This document shows positions 8,362 to 18,485 of a DNA stretch of 33,471 nt, one piece after another (position 1 is the first letter of the stretch; every line of letters begins with the position of its first letter). Both the position numbers and the translations under genes were made by a program. This DNA comes from an uncultured Piscirickettsiaceae bacterium. Its GTDB lineage: Bacteria > Pseudomonadota > Gammaproteobacteria > Thiomicrospirales > Thiomicrospiraceae. The DNA lies in NCBI GenBank assembly GCA_964387695.1, contig CAYLXI010000002.1, positions 1-33,471 of the forward strand, in the 5' to 3' direction. Below the pieces are notes generated by a model. That model was not told the DNA's origin, ran no database searches, and worked only from the letters and a program-made list of their open reading frames with translations.

Positions 8362-9884
8362 TATAGTGAGAAAAAAGCTGGGTTTGTCAGGAAGTTAAGA
8401 GGGACTGCCTTACCAGTTCTATCAAAGATTGCCCAAATGAAATGGGTGTCGATAATATTGTCATCGGTTCGTGTTAGGAGACCTTTTTGTCCTTTCGTAC
8501 ACAAATCTTTAATCACACTGTTAGGGTTGATGGCGAGTGTTAAACTGTCCCACCCAAAGGATTCAAATGAAGTTTTGGTGTTTTGGGGATATAAGACGGC
8601 TGTTGAGGTTGGAAAAATAACATTTCTTAAATCAGGGTATAGCCTTGGGCTTATAAAATCAGAAGGGGAAATACCAGATGAGGAAAAAACAGGTACATCT
8701 AACCCGAAAAAATTCATTTGAGGTTTAAATACGGCTATATTTCTGGCAAGATCTAAAATTAAAATAGCGTCTAAATCTTGTCTAGGGCGTGGTGTAAAGG
8801 TTAGCTTCTCTCTTAGTAACCACCGAAGGTTGTCGTATCTTTTTTGGCTTAGGGGTATATTAATGAGTCCGCCAAGAGCTTCCCTAAGCTGAGGGTTTTT
8901 ACTTGAATAAGTTTTAGATAGAGCATGGTGTTCTGAGCTTTTTTGATTCCAAATTGTATGAACCTCTTGAGAAAGAGTGGTGTTTTTACGGGCATCATTG
9001 CTTAAAATGGCAATGTTTTTATTTTTAAAGAAATTGAGTTTATTTGTGATTTGAGAGGCTTCTGATAAGCTATTGAAGCTAAGTTGAGTGAAGGGAGTAT
9101 TTTGAACTAAATTAAGTGCAATTAAGTTCTGAGCTTGATGTTTAGCAAGTAAAGCAATGGACTCCCTTTTAAGGGGTCCGATAATTTTTTCAGCCCCTTC
9201 ATCAAGGGCTTGTTGATAGGTGGCTACAAGTTGATTTAAGTCAGAGGAATCATAAAAGCGAATGGTTAAATCTTTTGGATAGTGTAACTGATGTTTTAAA
9301 ATGCCATTACGTATTTGTTGGCTAACCTTGGTATAAGGACCTGAAAAAGGAAGGAGTACGGCAATATTTTGAACGGTGGTTTTGTCATTAAGATTATTTA
9401 TCAGTTCTGGTAATAAGTTGTGATGATAAATAGCGGTTGTATTAAATGTTTTTAAATCTTCTAAGGGTATTCTTTGCCAAACAGTTGGTTTTTGGCGGAT
9501 TTTAATTAATGTAAGCCAGTCTTTTAAGTCAATATTTTTTTGCGTTTCAGCAATTTTTAGCCACTTTTGTTGTTCTTGCTCTTCTAGTTGTATGAGCTGT
9601 GTGTATATTTCCCGCTCAATGGCTATTTGCGTCTTTGAATCTACTTTTTGCCACAGTGTTTGGGATAATTGAATAAATTTAGACCAGTTTTTATTTTTTT
9701 GAGCTTGTAGAATATTTAACTCTAGTTGTTTAATTGTCGTTTCTTGTTTAGCTTGAATATCTTCGTGTTTGGGTTGAGTATATTCATGTTTAGGGATTTC
9801 TGGTTTTTCTGGCGGTACACTACAGCCTGAAACAAATAACATAGCAATAGCAGATAGGAATATAAAAATTCGTAGTTTTGGCAT
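8361..9884 (-). CDS. lpoA: Penicillin-binding protein activator LpoA/LppC family lipoprotein
   Basis: Lipobox VSGC; IAVLLPFSG, IRNG, IIGPLKR, PRPRQDLDAI motifs; rsmI/lpoA/yraN synteny. Confidence 0.88.
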   Translation of the reverse strand: MPKLRIFIFLSAIAMLFVSGCSVPPEKPEIPKHEYTQPKHEDIQAKQETTIKQLELNILQAQKNKNWSKFIQLSQTLWQKVDSKTQIAIEREIYTQLIQLEEQEQQKWLKIAETQKNIDLKDWLTLIKIRQKPTVWQRIPLEDLKTFNTTAIYHHNLLPELINNLNDKTTVQNIAVLLPFSGPYTKVSQQIRNGILKHQLHYPKDLTIRFYDSSDLNQLVATYQQALDEGAEKIIGPLKRESIALLAKHQAQNLIALNLVQNTPFTQLSFNSLSEASQITNKLNFFKNKNIAILSNDARKNTTLSQEVHTIWNQKSSEHHALSKTYSSKNPQLREALGGLINIPLSQKRYDNLRWLLREKLTFTPRPRQDLDAILILDLARNIAVFKPQMNFFGLDVPVFSSSGISPSDFISPRLYPDLRNVIFPTSTAVLYPQNTKTSFESFGWDSLTLAINPNSVIKDLCTKGQKGLLTRTDDNIIDTHFIWAIFDRTGKAVPLNFLTNPAFFSL

Positions 9885-9940
9885 TTTGATCGATTAGTAA
9901 TTAATTTAATATGGTCATAATTATAAGGTATAAAGAATAA

Positions 9941-10807
9941 ATGAGCATAGAAAATATGGTAGATAATTTTGGTACTCTTTATGTGGTCGCCACACCCATT
10001 GGTAATTTAGGTGATATTTCTCAGCGGGCTTTACAAGTTTTAGCCTCCGCAAGATGGATTGCCGCGGAGGACACTCGACATACAAAAAAATTATGTCAGC
10101 ATTTTGGAATTAACACTCCTTTAATCAGTTTGCATAATTTTAACGAACAAGCTCGTAGTGAGGAATTGTTGCTTAAGTTACAAGCGGGAGAATCTGGTGC
10201 TTTGGTATCAGATGCGGGAACACCTTTAATTAATGACCCTGGTTATTATTTGGTTAAATTACTTCGGAAACATCAGATTAAGGTTTGTCCTGTTCCTGGA
10301 GCTTGTGCAATCATTACGGCTCTTTCGGCAGCAGGATTGCCGACGGATAGATTTAGTTTTGAAGGGTTTCTGCCCGCTAAAAATCAGAAACGATTAAATG
10401 TTTTATCAAAACTAATGATAGAGCAACGGACGATGGTTTTTTATGAATCTCCTCATAGGTTACTCGACAGCTTAACTTCTTTTGCTGATGTATTTGGTGA
10501 AGCCAGAGAAATGACGGTAGCTCGCGAATTGACCAAGTATTTTGAAGAATTTGTGTCAGGCACTATTGGAAGTTGTTTGGAGTGTTTTGAAAATAATAAA
10601 GATAAAGTGCGAGGAGAATTTGTGTTGATATTGTCGGGGGCTGATAAGCTTGCAATTAAAGAAGAGGGGGTCGAAGACCCTTTGATTAATGTGTTGTTGA
10701 AGCAGGGTTTACCCGTTAAGCAGCTTTCTGAAATAGTGGCTGAATTTTATGACTTGAAAAAAAAGTTTGTTTATCAAAAGGCACTAGAATTTAAGAAAGC
10801 TCACTAG
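9941..10807 (+). CDS. rsmI: 16S rRNA C1402 2'-O-methyltransferase
   Basis: LYVVATPIGNLGDIS, AAEDTRHT, VSDAGTP, YESPHR, RELTK motifs. Confidence 0.97.
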   Translation: MSIENMVDNFGTLYVVATPIGNLGDISQRALQVLASARWIAAEDTRHTKKLCQHFGINTPLISLHNFNEQARSEELLLKLQAGESGALVSDAGTPLINDPGYYLVKLLRKHQIKVCPVPGACAIITALSAAGLPTDRFSFEGFLPAKNQKRLNVLSKLMIEQRTMVFYESPHRLLDSLTSFADVFGEAREMTVARELTKYFEEFVSGTIGSCLECFENNKDKVRGEFVLILSGADKLAIKEEGVEDPLINVLLKQGLPVKQLSEIVAEFYDLKKKFVYQKALEFKKAH

Positions 10808-10840
10808 AATTTAATAAAACCAAGGGTTAGTCTCTTTATT

Positions 10841-10886
10841 TTTATTTAAAAAGTTGGCATATAGTCAATTTCTTAAACCAGTGGAT
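10841..10886. repeat. Degenerate copy (I) of the MITE-like repeat
   Basis: tttatttaaaaagttggcatatag aligns to cctacttagaaagttggcgtatag of copy C; tcaatttcttaa resembles ccaatttctaag of copy A; outer ends eroded. Confidence 0.5.
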
Positions 10887-11104
10887 AAATCTAAGGCTTA
10901 AGCTTTGTCAGTTATAAATAAAATTAATTGGAAAAATTGTATCTATATAGTTATTATTATTATTTGTGATAGAGTTTTACTTAGCAGAAGTTTTAATAAA
11001 TTTGAGAATTTTTTATAAAAAGATTTTTCTTCGTTTGTGCTTGGCAGGTTTGTTTTTGTAAAGGTTTAATTAAAGTTAAGGTATGTTTAAAAAACTTGGT
11101 ATTT

Positions 11105-12016
11105 ATGTCTTCTTCTATAAAAAATAACACTAACAAAGCTCTTCTTTCTTCTTTGAATGAGGTGCAAAATCATTTAGATATCATTGATGATTATATCATT
11201 ACCTCTACGACAGATTTAAACGGTGTTATAAATGATGTTAGCCAAGCTTTTTGTGATATTTCAGGTTACTCTAAAGAGGAGCTGGTCGGTAAAAAACACA
11301 GTTTTTTGCGTCACCGAGATACCTCATATGAAACATATAAAGATTTGTGGGATACCATAACTTCTGGCAAAGAGTGGCATGGTGATATTAAAAACATAAA
11401 AAAGAATGGAGAGGTTTATTCGATTAACATGCTCATTAGACCTTTGTTTTGTCGTTCCGAGAAGATAAAAGGCTATCTTGCTGTTCAAAAAAACATAACC
11501 AATAGAGTGCTTTCCATAACGGATGATTTAACCCAATCTTATAATAGGCGTTTTTTTAACCAAATATTTGAACAAGAAATGTTGTCAGCCAAGAAGAATA
11601 ATCAATGGTTTGGATTTTTGATGCTGGATGTTGATAATTTTAAAAAATATAATGATGCTTATGGTCATCAAGAAGGAGATACTGTTTTAATCTCTATTGT
11701 CAAATCTCTTAAAAAAGTTTTTATTCGTGCGACAGATTATGTTTTTAGATTGGGAGGAGAAGAGTTTGGAGTCTTGTTTAATTTTAATCAAAAAGAAGAG
11801 GGAGTTCGCTTGGGAGAGGCCGCTCGCAAGGCCATAGAAGGTTTCAATATACCTCACTCATTGAATTTACCCCATGCTTATGTTACCTTGTCAGGAGGTC
11901 TTTATTTGCTTGACCCACTAAAAAATCATGATGTAAAAGCGGTGTACAAAAGTGCTGATGACCTGCTTTATAAAGCTAAAAATAGAGGGCGAAATTGTAT
12001 AGAGATAGAATATTAA
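11105..12016 (+). CDS. PAS-domain sensor diguanylate cyclase
   Basis: PAS (TDLNGVI...AFCDISGYSKEELVG) plus GGDEF domain with DVDNFKKYND, RATD I-site and GGEEF active site; ATG 11105 preferred over TTG 11096. Confidence 0.92.
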   Translation: MSSSIKNNTNKALLSSLNEVQNHLDIIDDYIITSTTDLNGVINDVSQAFCDISGYSKEELVGKKHSFLRHRDTSYETYKDLWDTITSGKEWHGDIKNIKKNGEVYSINMLIRPLFCRSEKIKGYLAVQKNITNRVLSITDDLTQSYNRRFFNQIFEQEMLSAKKNNQWFGFLMLDVDNFKKYNDAYGHQEGDTVLISIVKSLKKVFIRATDYVFRLGGEEFGVLFNFNQKEEGVRLGEAARKAIEGFNIPHSLNLPHAYVTLSGGLYLLDPLKNHDVKAVYKSADDLLYKAKNRGRNCIEIEY

Positions 12017-12022
12017 AGTTTT

Positions 12023-13213
12023 TTACTTTGCTTCTTGGTTTGTAAAGTCTTCAATTCTATCAAAGGCTTCAATTAGATTTTTCATACTGGTAGCAAACGA
12101 TATTCTTAAATGGTTTTTAGCTCCAAAAGCAGAGCCAGGCACTAGAGCAACGAGCTTTTCTTCTAAAAGTTTTTCTGCAAATTCACTGTCGGTTGTGATT
12201 TTTTTAGTTTTCATTGCTTCTTCGATATTAAAAAAGGCATAAAAAGCACCATCGGCTTTTATGCATTTAAACCCTGTAATTTGGTTAATTCTTTGAACAA
12301 CAAAGGCATGGCGTTTTTTAAATTCTGCAAGCATTATTTGAATACATTCTTGTGAACCATCTAAAGCTTCGGTTGCTGCAATTTGCGAAATTGAACAGGG
12401 ATTAGAGGTGCTTTGAGATTGTACTTTTCTCATGCCTGTAATAAGGTCTTTTGGTCCTCCCGCATAACCGATTCTCCAGCCAGTCATGGAATATGCTTTA
12501 GAGACCCCGTTCATGACCACTGTTCTGTCTTTTAAACTTGGGAGAGCTTCTAAAATATTAGTAAATTTTAAACCCCCTAGTTGAATGTGTTCATACATGT
12601 CATCAGAAGCAATGATTATTTGTGGGTGTCGTGCAACAACTTCTCCGATAGCTTGCAGTTCTTCTAATGTGTAAATAGCTCCAGTGGGATTTGACGGGCT
12701 ATTTATAATGAGTAATTTAGTTTTTGGAGTAATCGCATCACTGAGTTGTTTAGCGGTTATTTTAAAATCATGCTCCATTTTGGTGGTTAAAATAATGGGC
12801 TTACCCCCTGCTAAAAGTACCATGTCAGGGTAAGAAACCCAGTAGGGTGCAGGAATAATCACTTCATCATCATCATTTAAGGCGGCTTGGCAAAGGTTAT
12901 AAAAGCTTTGCTTGCCTCCAGATGAAACCAATATTTCATTCATTGCAAAATCTAAATTATTATCTCTTTTAAACTTAGATTGAATGGCTTTTTTTAGTTC
13001 TGGAATGCCATCAACGGCAGTATAACGAGTATGCCCATCTTTAATTGCTTGTATGCCCGCTTGTTTGATGTTTTCTGGAGTATTAAAATCAGGTTCTCCA
13101 GCACCTAGGCTTATAATATCTTTGCCCTGCCTGCGTAACTCAGCAGCCTTGGCAGTGATAATAAGCGTTAATGAAGGTTGAACTCGGTTTACACGGTTGG
13201 ATAGACGGGACAT
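12023..13213 (-). CDS. aspC: PLP-dependent class I/II aminotransferase (aspartate aminotransferase-like)
   Basis: GEPDF, NSPSNPTG, SDDMY, SKAYSMTGWRIG PLP-lysine motif. Confidence 0.88.
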   Translation of the reverse strand: MSRLSNRVNRVQPSLTLIITAKAAELRRQGKDIISLGAGEPDFNTPENIKQAGIQAIKDGHTRYTAVDGIPELKKAIQSKFKRDNNLDFAMNEILVSSGGKQSFYNLCQAALNDDDEVIIPAPYWVSYPDMVLLAGGKPIILTTKMEHDFKITAKQLSDAITPKTKLLIINSPSNPTGAIYTLEELQAIGEVVARHPQIIIASDDMYEHIQLGGLKFTNILEALPSLKDRTVVMNGVSKAYSMTGWRIGYAGGPKDLITGMRKVQSQSTSNPCSISQIAATEALDGSQECIQIMLAEFKKRHAFVVQRINQITGFKCIKADGAFYAFFNIEEAMKTKKITTDSEFAEKLLEEKLVALVPGSAFGAKNHLRISFATSMKNLIEAFDRIEDFTNQEAK

Positions 13214-13304
13214 AAGAGATTTATCTCACTGATTTTTGATTAATTTTGTTAGAATGTTTGCAAAAATTTATTCTACTCTCTTTTTAAGCAGAATTAAATT
13301 TATA

Positions 13305-13365
13305 ATTCCGAATCCCTGCTTAGAGGCTGGTGCTATATGCCAGTTTCTAAGTAGGGATTTGGGAT
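13305..13365. mobile_element. MITE-like palindromic repeat, copy D (about 61 bp, reverse orientation)
   Basis: ttccgaatccctgcttagaggctgg-tgctatatg-ccagtttctaagtagggatttggga; TA on both flanks (13303-4, 13365-6); lies between divergent aspC and uvrB. Confidence 0.88.
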
Positions 13366-13400
13366 AGTGGTTAAAAACAGAGAATAAAAAGATAAAATTT

Positions 13401-15443
13401 ATGGTAAAAAAATTTCAATTAGTCTCTCAGTATAAACCCGCAGGAGATCAACCCACAGCTATAAAAGAGTTGGTTGAGGGTTTGGAAGATGCAGAGGCCT
13501 TTCAAACTCTACTAGGGGTAACGGGTTCTGGCAAGACCTTTACTGTAGCTAATGTGATTGAGCAAGTGCAACGCCCTACCATTATCATGGCTCATAATAA
13601 AACCCTAGCAGCCCAACTTTATGGTGAAATGAAAGGTTTTTTTCCGCATAATGCAGTAGAATATTTTGTCTCATACTACGATTATTATCAGCCAGAAGCC
13701 TATGTTCCAGCATCAGACACTTATATTTCTAAAGATTCCTCCGTTAATGAACAAATTGAACAGTTACGATTGTCTGCGACTAAATCCTTATTGGAGCGAG
13801 AAGATGTTATATTAATTGCCACAGTATCGGCTATTTATGGGTTGGGAGATCCTGAGCAGTATCTGAAAATGATTTTGCAGTTACGAATTGGCGATGAGGT
13901 GGTGCAACGCGACATTTTAAAGCAACTTACCACTATGCAGTATACTCGCAATGATATAGAAATTTGGCGTGGTAATTTTAGAGTAAGAGGTGATGTTATT
14001 GATGTGTTTCCTGCCGAGTCTGATGAGTTTGCTATTCGTATTGAGTTGTTTGACGATGAGGTAGAGTCACTTGCATGGTTTGAGCCTTTAACAGGTGAAG
14101 TGATAAGTAGACCTTCACGCATTACCATTTATCCAAAATCGCACTATGTTACTCCCAAAGAACAAATTGTTAAAATGGCAGATGCGGTTAAAATTGAACT
14201 GAAAGAAAGATTAGAACAATTACGATCTATGCACAAGTTGGTTGAAGCACAGCGATTAGAAGAAAGAACTAAATTAGATTTAGAAATGATGTTAGAGCTT
14301 GGTTACTGTACGGGTATCGAAAATTATTCTCGTTATCTTTCAGGCAGGCCAGAGGGTGCTCCACCGCCAACTTTGTTGGACTATTTACCTAAAGATGCTT
14401 TGATGGTGATTGATGAAAGTCATGTAAGCATTCCACAAATAGGAGGAATGTATAAAGGTGATCGTTCTCGCAAAGAAAACTTGGTTACTTATGGGTTTCG
14501 CCTGCCCTCTGCTTTAGATAACAGGCCTTTAAGATTTGATGAGTTTGAAGCTATTATGCCCCAAACTATTTTTGTATCTGCCACACCTGGTAATTATGAA
14601 GCTTTGCATCAGTCTAAAGTGGTGGAGCAGTTAGTTAGGCCAACAGGCTTGCTTGACCCTCTGTTAGAGGTTAGGCCAGCAACCACTCAGGTAGATGACT
14701 TGTTAGGAGAGATTAATCTCAGAGCGATCAAAGAGCAACGAGTTTTAGTGACCACCTTAACCAAGCGAATGGCAGAGAACTTAACCGAATACTTAGAAGA
14801 GCATGGGGTTAGGGTGCGCTATTTGCATTCAGACATAGATACGGTTGAAAGAATTGAAATTATTCGAGATTTGCGACTGGGAGAATTTGATGTTTTAGTC
14901 GGGATTAATCTGTTAAGAGAGGGCTTAGATTTACCCGAAGTTGCATTAGTTGCTATTTTAGATGCCGATAAAGAAGGGTTTTTGCGTTCAGATAAATCTT
15001 TAATCCAAACGATTGGACGAGCGGCACGAAATGTTGAAGGTAGAGCTATTTTATATGCCGATAAAATAACAAAATCAATGAAAAAGGCGATTGGTGAGAC
15101 GCAGCGTCGTCGCGAAAAACAAATTGAACATAATTTAGCTCATGGAATTCAGCCTAAAGGCCTAAATAAAAAAGTAACGGATATTCTTGAGGACTCTCCT
15201 TATGCACCCAAAAGTACCAGGCCTGGTAAAAAGACTAGGGTCTCAGAAGAAAGAGGGGGATATGTAAATGAACCCGTGAAAAAGATGACCCCTGCGGAGA
15301 TAGCAAGTAGTATTAATAAATTAGAAAAGAAAATGTATAAAGCAGCTAAAGATTTAGATTTTGAAGCGGCTGCTCAATTACGAGATGATATTAAAAATTT
15401 AAAATCGTCTATGATAGGGGTTGGAGATTTAAGAGGTATTTAA
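13401..15443 (+). CDS. uvrB: Excinuclease ABC subunit B
   Basis: [12 protein letters not shown] Walker [24 protein letters not shown]-terminal UVR domain. Confidence 0.99.
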   Translation: MVKKFQLVSQYKPAGDQPTAIKELVEGLEDAEAFQTLLGVTGSGKTFTVANVIEQVQRPTIIMAHNKTLAAQLYGEMKGFFPHNAVEYFVSYYDYYQPEAYVPASDTYISKDSSVNEQIEQLRLSATKSLLEREDVILIATVSAIYGLGDPEQYLKMILQLRIGDEVVQRDILKQLTTMQYTRNDIEIWRGNFRVRGDVIDVFPAESDEFAIRIELFDDEVESLAWFEPLTGEVISRPSRITIYPKSHYVTPKEQIVKMADAVKIELKERLEQLRSMHKLVEAQRLEERTKLDLEMMLELGYCTGIENYSRYLSGRPEGAPPPTLLDYLPKDALMVIDESHVSIPQIGGMYKGDRSRKENLVTYGFRLPSALDNRPLRFDEFEAIMPQTIFVSATPGNYEALHQSKVVEQLVRPTGLLDPLLEVRPATTQVDDLLGEINLRAIKEQRVLVTTLTKRMAENLTEYLEEHGVRVRYLHSDIDTVERIEIIRDLRLGEFDVLVGINLLREGLDLPEVALVAILDADKEGFLRSDKSLIQTIGRAARNVEGRAILYADKITKSMKKAIGETQRRREKQIEHNLAHGIQPKGLNKKVTDILEDSPYAPKSTRPGKKTRVSEERGGYVNEPVKKMTPAEIASSINKLEKKMYKAAKDLDFEAAAQLRDDIKNLKSSMIGVGDLRGI

Positions 15444-15463
15444 AATCTTAAAATAAAATGCTT

Positions 15464-15487
15464 GTTTTCTAAGTATGGATTTGGGTT
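15464..15487. repeat. Solo terminal repeat (E) of the MITE-like family
   Basis: gttttctaagtatggatttgggtt followed by TA; near-identical to the right end of copy D; 20 bp after the uvrB stop. Confidence 0.7.
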
Positions 15488-15512
15488 TAAGATAGAATTA
15501 GTTTTAAATTAA

Positions 15513-16382
15513 TTGAAGAGAAAATTTGTGATAAAGTTTGTAACATATTTAATTTTAAGTAGTTTTGTTGTATTGAGCATGTTTGGTAAAGTGTATGCTG
15601 ATGACTTTCAAGATATAGCTAAGAAAGCAGAGCAATCCTTTCATAATGGTGATTATGAACAAGCAAAAGTTTTGTGGTCTAAATTGTCTGAATTACATCC
15701 TCTGGATATTCGTATTCAAAATAATTTAGCCGTGATTGAGATTAGAAAAGGAGAGTATGAAAAAGCTAAATATATTTTGGAGTCCTCTCTTAATAACCAA
15801 TCAAGAGTAGGCGTAGCTTTAAGAAACTTAAATCAAATCTATGCTTACAAAGCACAAAGAGCTTATCAAAAAGTGTTTAAGTCAACGGAGATTACAACAC
15901 CAGAAGGTAGTCTCATTGGTATAGCTAGCCTAGAGTTAACTTCTCTTGACCTTGAGCAAGAATTTAAGGAGCATACACAGCAAAATGCTATGAATGAAAG
16001 GATTAAGGGAAAAAGTAAAGAGGATAAGATAAACGTTGTAAAGACTGAGGTATTAAGTTCTTTAGAAGAGTGGCGCTATGCTTGGGCAGCTCAAGACATT
16101 GAGACTTATCTCGGTTTTTATCAAAATAATTTTATACCTGCAAATAATGTAAGTCATAGAGATTGGCGTAATACCAGAAAAAGAAATGTTGGAAGTCCTA
16201 GTTTTATTCATATAGATCTGTCTAATATTAAAATTTCTCAAATAAATGCTGATGAATTTAAAGTTACTTTTTTACAAAAATATAAATCAAATCGTCTTCA
16301 AAATACAGTTAGAAAAGTTATGAAGTGGACGGAAGAATCTCCGGGCAAGTGGAAGATTTCTCAAGAGAGAGTTATTAGATAA
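15513..16382 (+). CDS. Exported TPR protein with C-terminal NTF2/SnoaL-like (Csd6 C-terminal-like) domain
   Basis: Signal peptide ending VYA-DD; TPR motif NNLAVI...GEYEKA; C-terminal WRYAWAAQDIETYLGFY...VTFLQKY...WKISQE; exact start uncertain. Confidence 0.75.
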   Translation: MKRKFVIKFVTYLILSSFVVLSMFGKVYADDFQDIAKKAEQSFHNGDYEQAKVLWSKLSELHPLDIRIQNNLAVIEIRKGEYEKAKYILESSLNNQSRVGVALRNLNQIYAYKAQRAYQKVFKSTEITTPEGSLIGIASLELTSLDLEQEFKEHTQQNAMNERIKGKSKEDKINVVKTEVLSSLEEWRYAWAAQDIETYLGFYQNNFIPANNVSHRDWRNTRKRNVGSPSFIHIDLSNIKISQINADEFKVTFLQKYKSNRLQNTVRKVMKWTEESPGKWKISQERVIR

Positions 16383-17452
16383 TGATAAATAAATTTAGGA
16401 TGATTTTTTCTTTTGGGGTGTTGATGCTGGGGTTGTTTTTTCAGGCAATATTTACGCCTGCATTGGCCGAAAAACCAGTGAGTTCGGAAGAAAAAACAAT
16501 GGGTGTTTTTAAGGCACTACAAGATTTAGACATGGATAGAGCTTTAGATCTTTCTAGAGAACTGGCATATAGTTTTCCTAATTATAAAATGGCGCAAACT
16601 TTGCATGCAGATTTATTAGCTATTCGTGCAGGAAAGCCCCACCTAGTTAATAATGTTCGTGATTCATATAATGGGCGAACCCTTTCTTTTCAAAAAGAGG
16701 GGCAATTGCGTTGGTCATTTTTAAATAAAACGCAAGATAGAAGCCATCACAAAAGAGTTTTGAAAGTGAGTGATAGAGGCTATTTTGTTTTAATTAACGC
16801 TGATTTACATCGCTTGTTTTTATACCGACAGACCTTAGAGGGCTTAAAGAAAATAGATGACTTTTATATTTCTCTTGGAAGAAAAGGCATGGGTAAGCAA
16901 AAAGAAGGAGATTTAAGAACTCCCACAGGCGTTTATTTAATAGACGGTTGGATAGATGGAGAAACCTTGCCTGATTTATATGGAGAGGGGGCTTTAACTT
17001 TAAACTACCCTAATGCTTGGGATAGGAAACTAGAAAGAACTGGCCACGGCATTTGGATACATGGAACGCCAGCAAATACTTACACTAGATCACCTCTTGC
17101 CAGTAGAGGATGTGTGGTTTTAACTAATCCAGAAATGAAGCAGCTTAGACACACTCATAACCTTGGTGTGCATACTCCTGTTATGCTGGTGTCAGGAGAA
17201 AGTGATCTCCCTTTGGTGCCAGATTTAAATATTTTAAAAGAAATTCAAAAGGTTTTTAAAGAATCAGATAAAGGTGCTATTTGGTCTAGCTTGTCTGTCA
17301 TGAATTATCCGGGTGAAGATAATCTTTATTATGTACATTTTTTAACCAAAAATGGTTCTTCCATTGAGCAGTTTTGGCAATATGATTATGGAGGATGGCA
17401 AGTTGTTTTACAAAATAATCTTTCTAAGGTTGAGCAGGCCTCTTCTCTTTAA
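16382..17452 (+). CDS. YkuD-family L,D-transpeptidase/L,D-carboxypeptidase
   Basis: EGDLRTPTGVY, LNYPN, GIWIHGT...SRGCV catalytic His/Cys; signal peptide; TAATG coupling to the upstream gene. Confidence 0.9.
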   Translation: MINKFRMIFSFGVLMLGLFFQAIFTPALAEKPVSSEEKTMGVFKALQDLDMDRALDLSRELAYSFPNYKMAQTLHADLLAIRAGKPHLVNNVRDSYNGRTLSFQKEGQLRWSFLNKTQDRSHHKRVLKVSDRGYFVLINADLHRLFLYRQTLEGLKKIDDFYISLGRKGMGKQKEGDLRTPTGVYLIDGWIDGETLPDLYGEGALTLNYPNAWDRKLERTGHGIWIHGTPANTYTRSPLASRGCVVLTNPEMKQLRHTHNLGVHTPVMLVSGESDLPLVPDLNILKEIQKVFKESDKGAIWSSLSVMNYPGEDNLYYVHFLTKNGSSIEQFWQYDYGGWQVVLQNNLSKVEQASSL

Positions 17453-17493
17453 ATATCCTCTTTAAATTTTCTCATGAAAAGGACTTTTAACTA

Positions 17494-18387
17494 TTAAAAA
17501 TCTTTTTCAGAGGTTTCTATTTTTTCATTAATCCAGTCTTCAATATCTTGCCACATCTGTAATATTTCTGGATTTTCAGGCATAGTTCCTGCATTTCTTA
17601 ATTCAATCGTAAGAACAGGAATATTTAAGTGTTCTCCAGCAAAACGCCCAAGAGAGCCGGGGAAAGTTCCCCATCGTTTAAGTTTTAAGTCGCCAATTTG
17701 ATATGGGGTTGCGTGTTCAGGACCATCGTAATCTAAAATACCATAAGGGGCATGTAGTGAAATGATGACATCAGGTTTAAAGCGATTAATAAGTTGGGTC
17801 ATCCATTGAGTTTCAGGTTCGCTGCTGGCATAAGGCCCTGGATAACGGCGTTTATTTTTGTGAAAACGATTTTCCCATGTTTTAAGTGCCAGCTCATCCC
17901 AGTCTGGTGTAGGGAAATTACGATTTAAATCAACACCATTGGCGTTTTGTCTTGTTCCTCGTTTTTGTAATAGACCGTCTGGGTTGGTTAAGGGCAAAAA
18001 TAACCATTGATATTGATTGTATTCAGGGTTTGATAAAATGGCTTTTAACCAAAGATATCCAATGCTAATGGCAGTAAATTCATCGCCATGAATGCCTCCA
18101 ATAAAAAGAACCCTGCCTTTTGGAGGGTTATTATTAGCAGGAATAATCTCTCGATAAGTTAGCAGTCGGTTTTCAACGCTTCTAAATGTGCTGGCTTCAA
18201 GCCCAAAATCTAAACACCCTTGGTAGGTAACAGCTTTTAATTTCTGTGAAAATTCTAAGCAATAGGCTTTCATTTCGTTGCTTATATTATTTACATAGAT
18301 AGAAGAGCTTCCTGCGAAGGCAGCGCTAGCAAAAAATAATAACCAAATCTGGTAAAAAATTATATAAAAATAGGGTTTAATAAACAT
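17494..18387 (-). CDS. M14 zinc carboxypeptidase, murein peptide amidase A (MpaA)-like, probably exported
   Basis: GGIHGDE (HxxE), NPDG, NANGVDLNRNFP, EPET, SLH zinc ligand, PGSLG; signal peptide ending AFA. Confidence 0.85.
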   Translation of the reverse strand: MFIKPYFYIIFYQIWLLFFASAAFAGSSSIYVNNISNEMKAYCLEFSQKLKAVTYQGCLDFGLEASTFRSVENRLLTYREIIPANNNPPKGRVLFIGGIHGDEFTAISIGYLWLKAILSNPEYNQYQWLFLPLTNPDGLLQKRGTRQNANGVDLNRNFPTPDWDELALKTWENRFHKNKRRYPGPYASSEPETQWMTQLINRFKPDVIISLHAPYGILDYDGPEHATPYQIGDLKLKRWGTFPGSLGRFAGEHLNIPVLTIELRNAGTMPENPEILQMWQDIEDWINEKIETSEKDF

Positions 18388-18485
18388 TGTTTTTTCTTTA
18401 TATTCTCATACTAAGGGGGTTATAAAAAGGGGGTAAGTTATAGATTTAGAGTGTGAATCTAAAAATGAAGTCGTGCATCCTGAGG

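Noticed and set aside
10808-11104. Possible rnpB (RNase P RNA), which often follows rsmI
   Set aside because: Region is very AT-rich and lacks the GAGGAAAGTCC signature.
13327-13380. LexA/SOS box upstream of uvrB
   Set aside because: ctggtgctatatgccag is CTG-N11-CAG (one base too long) and part of the repeat; tagtggttaaaaacag has only the right half-site.
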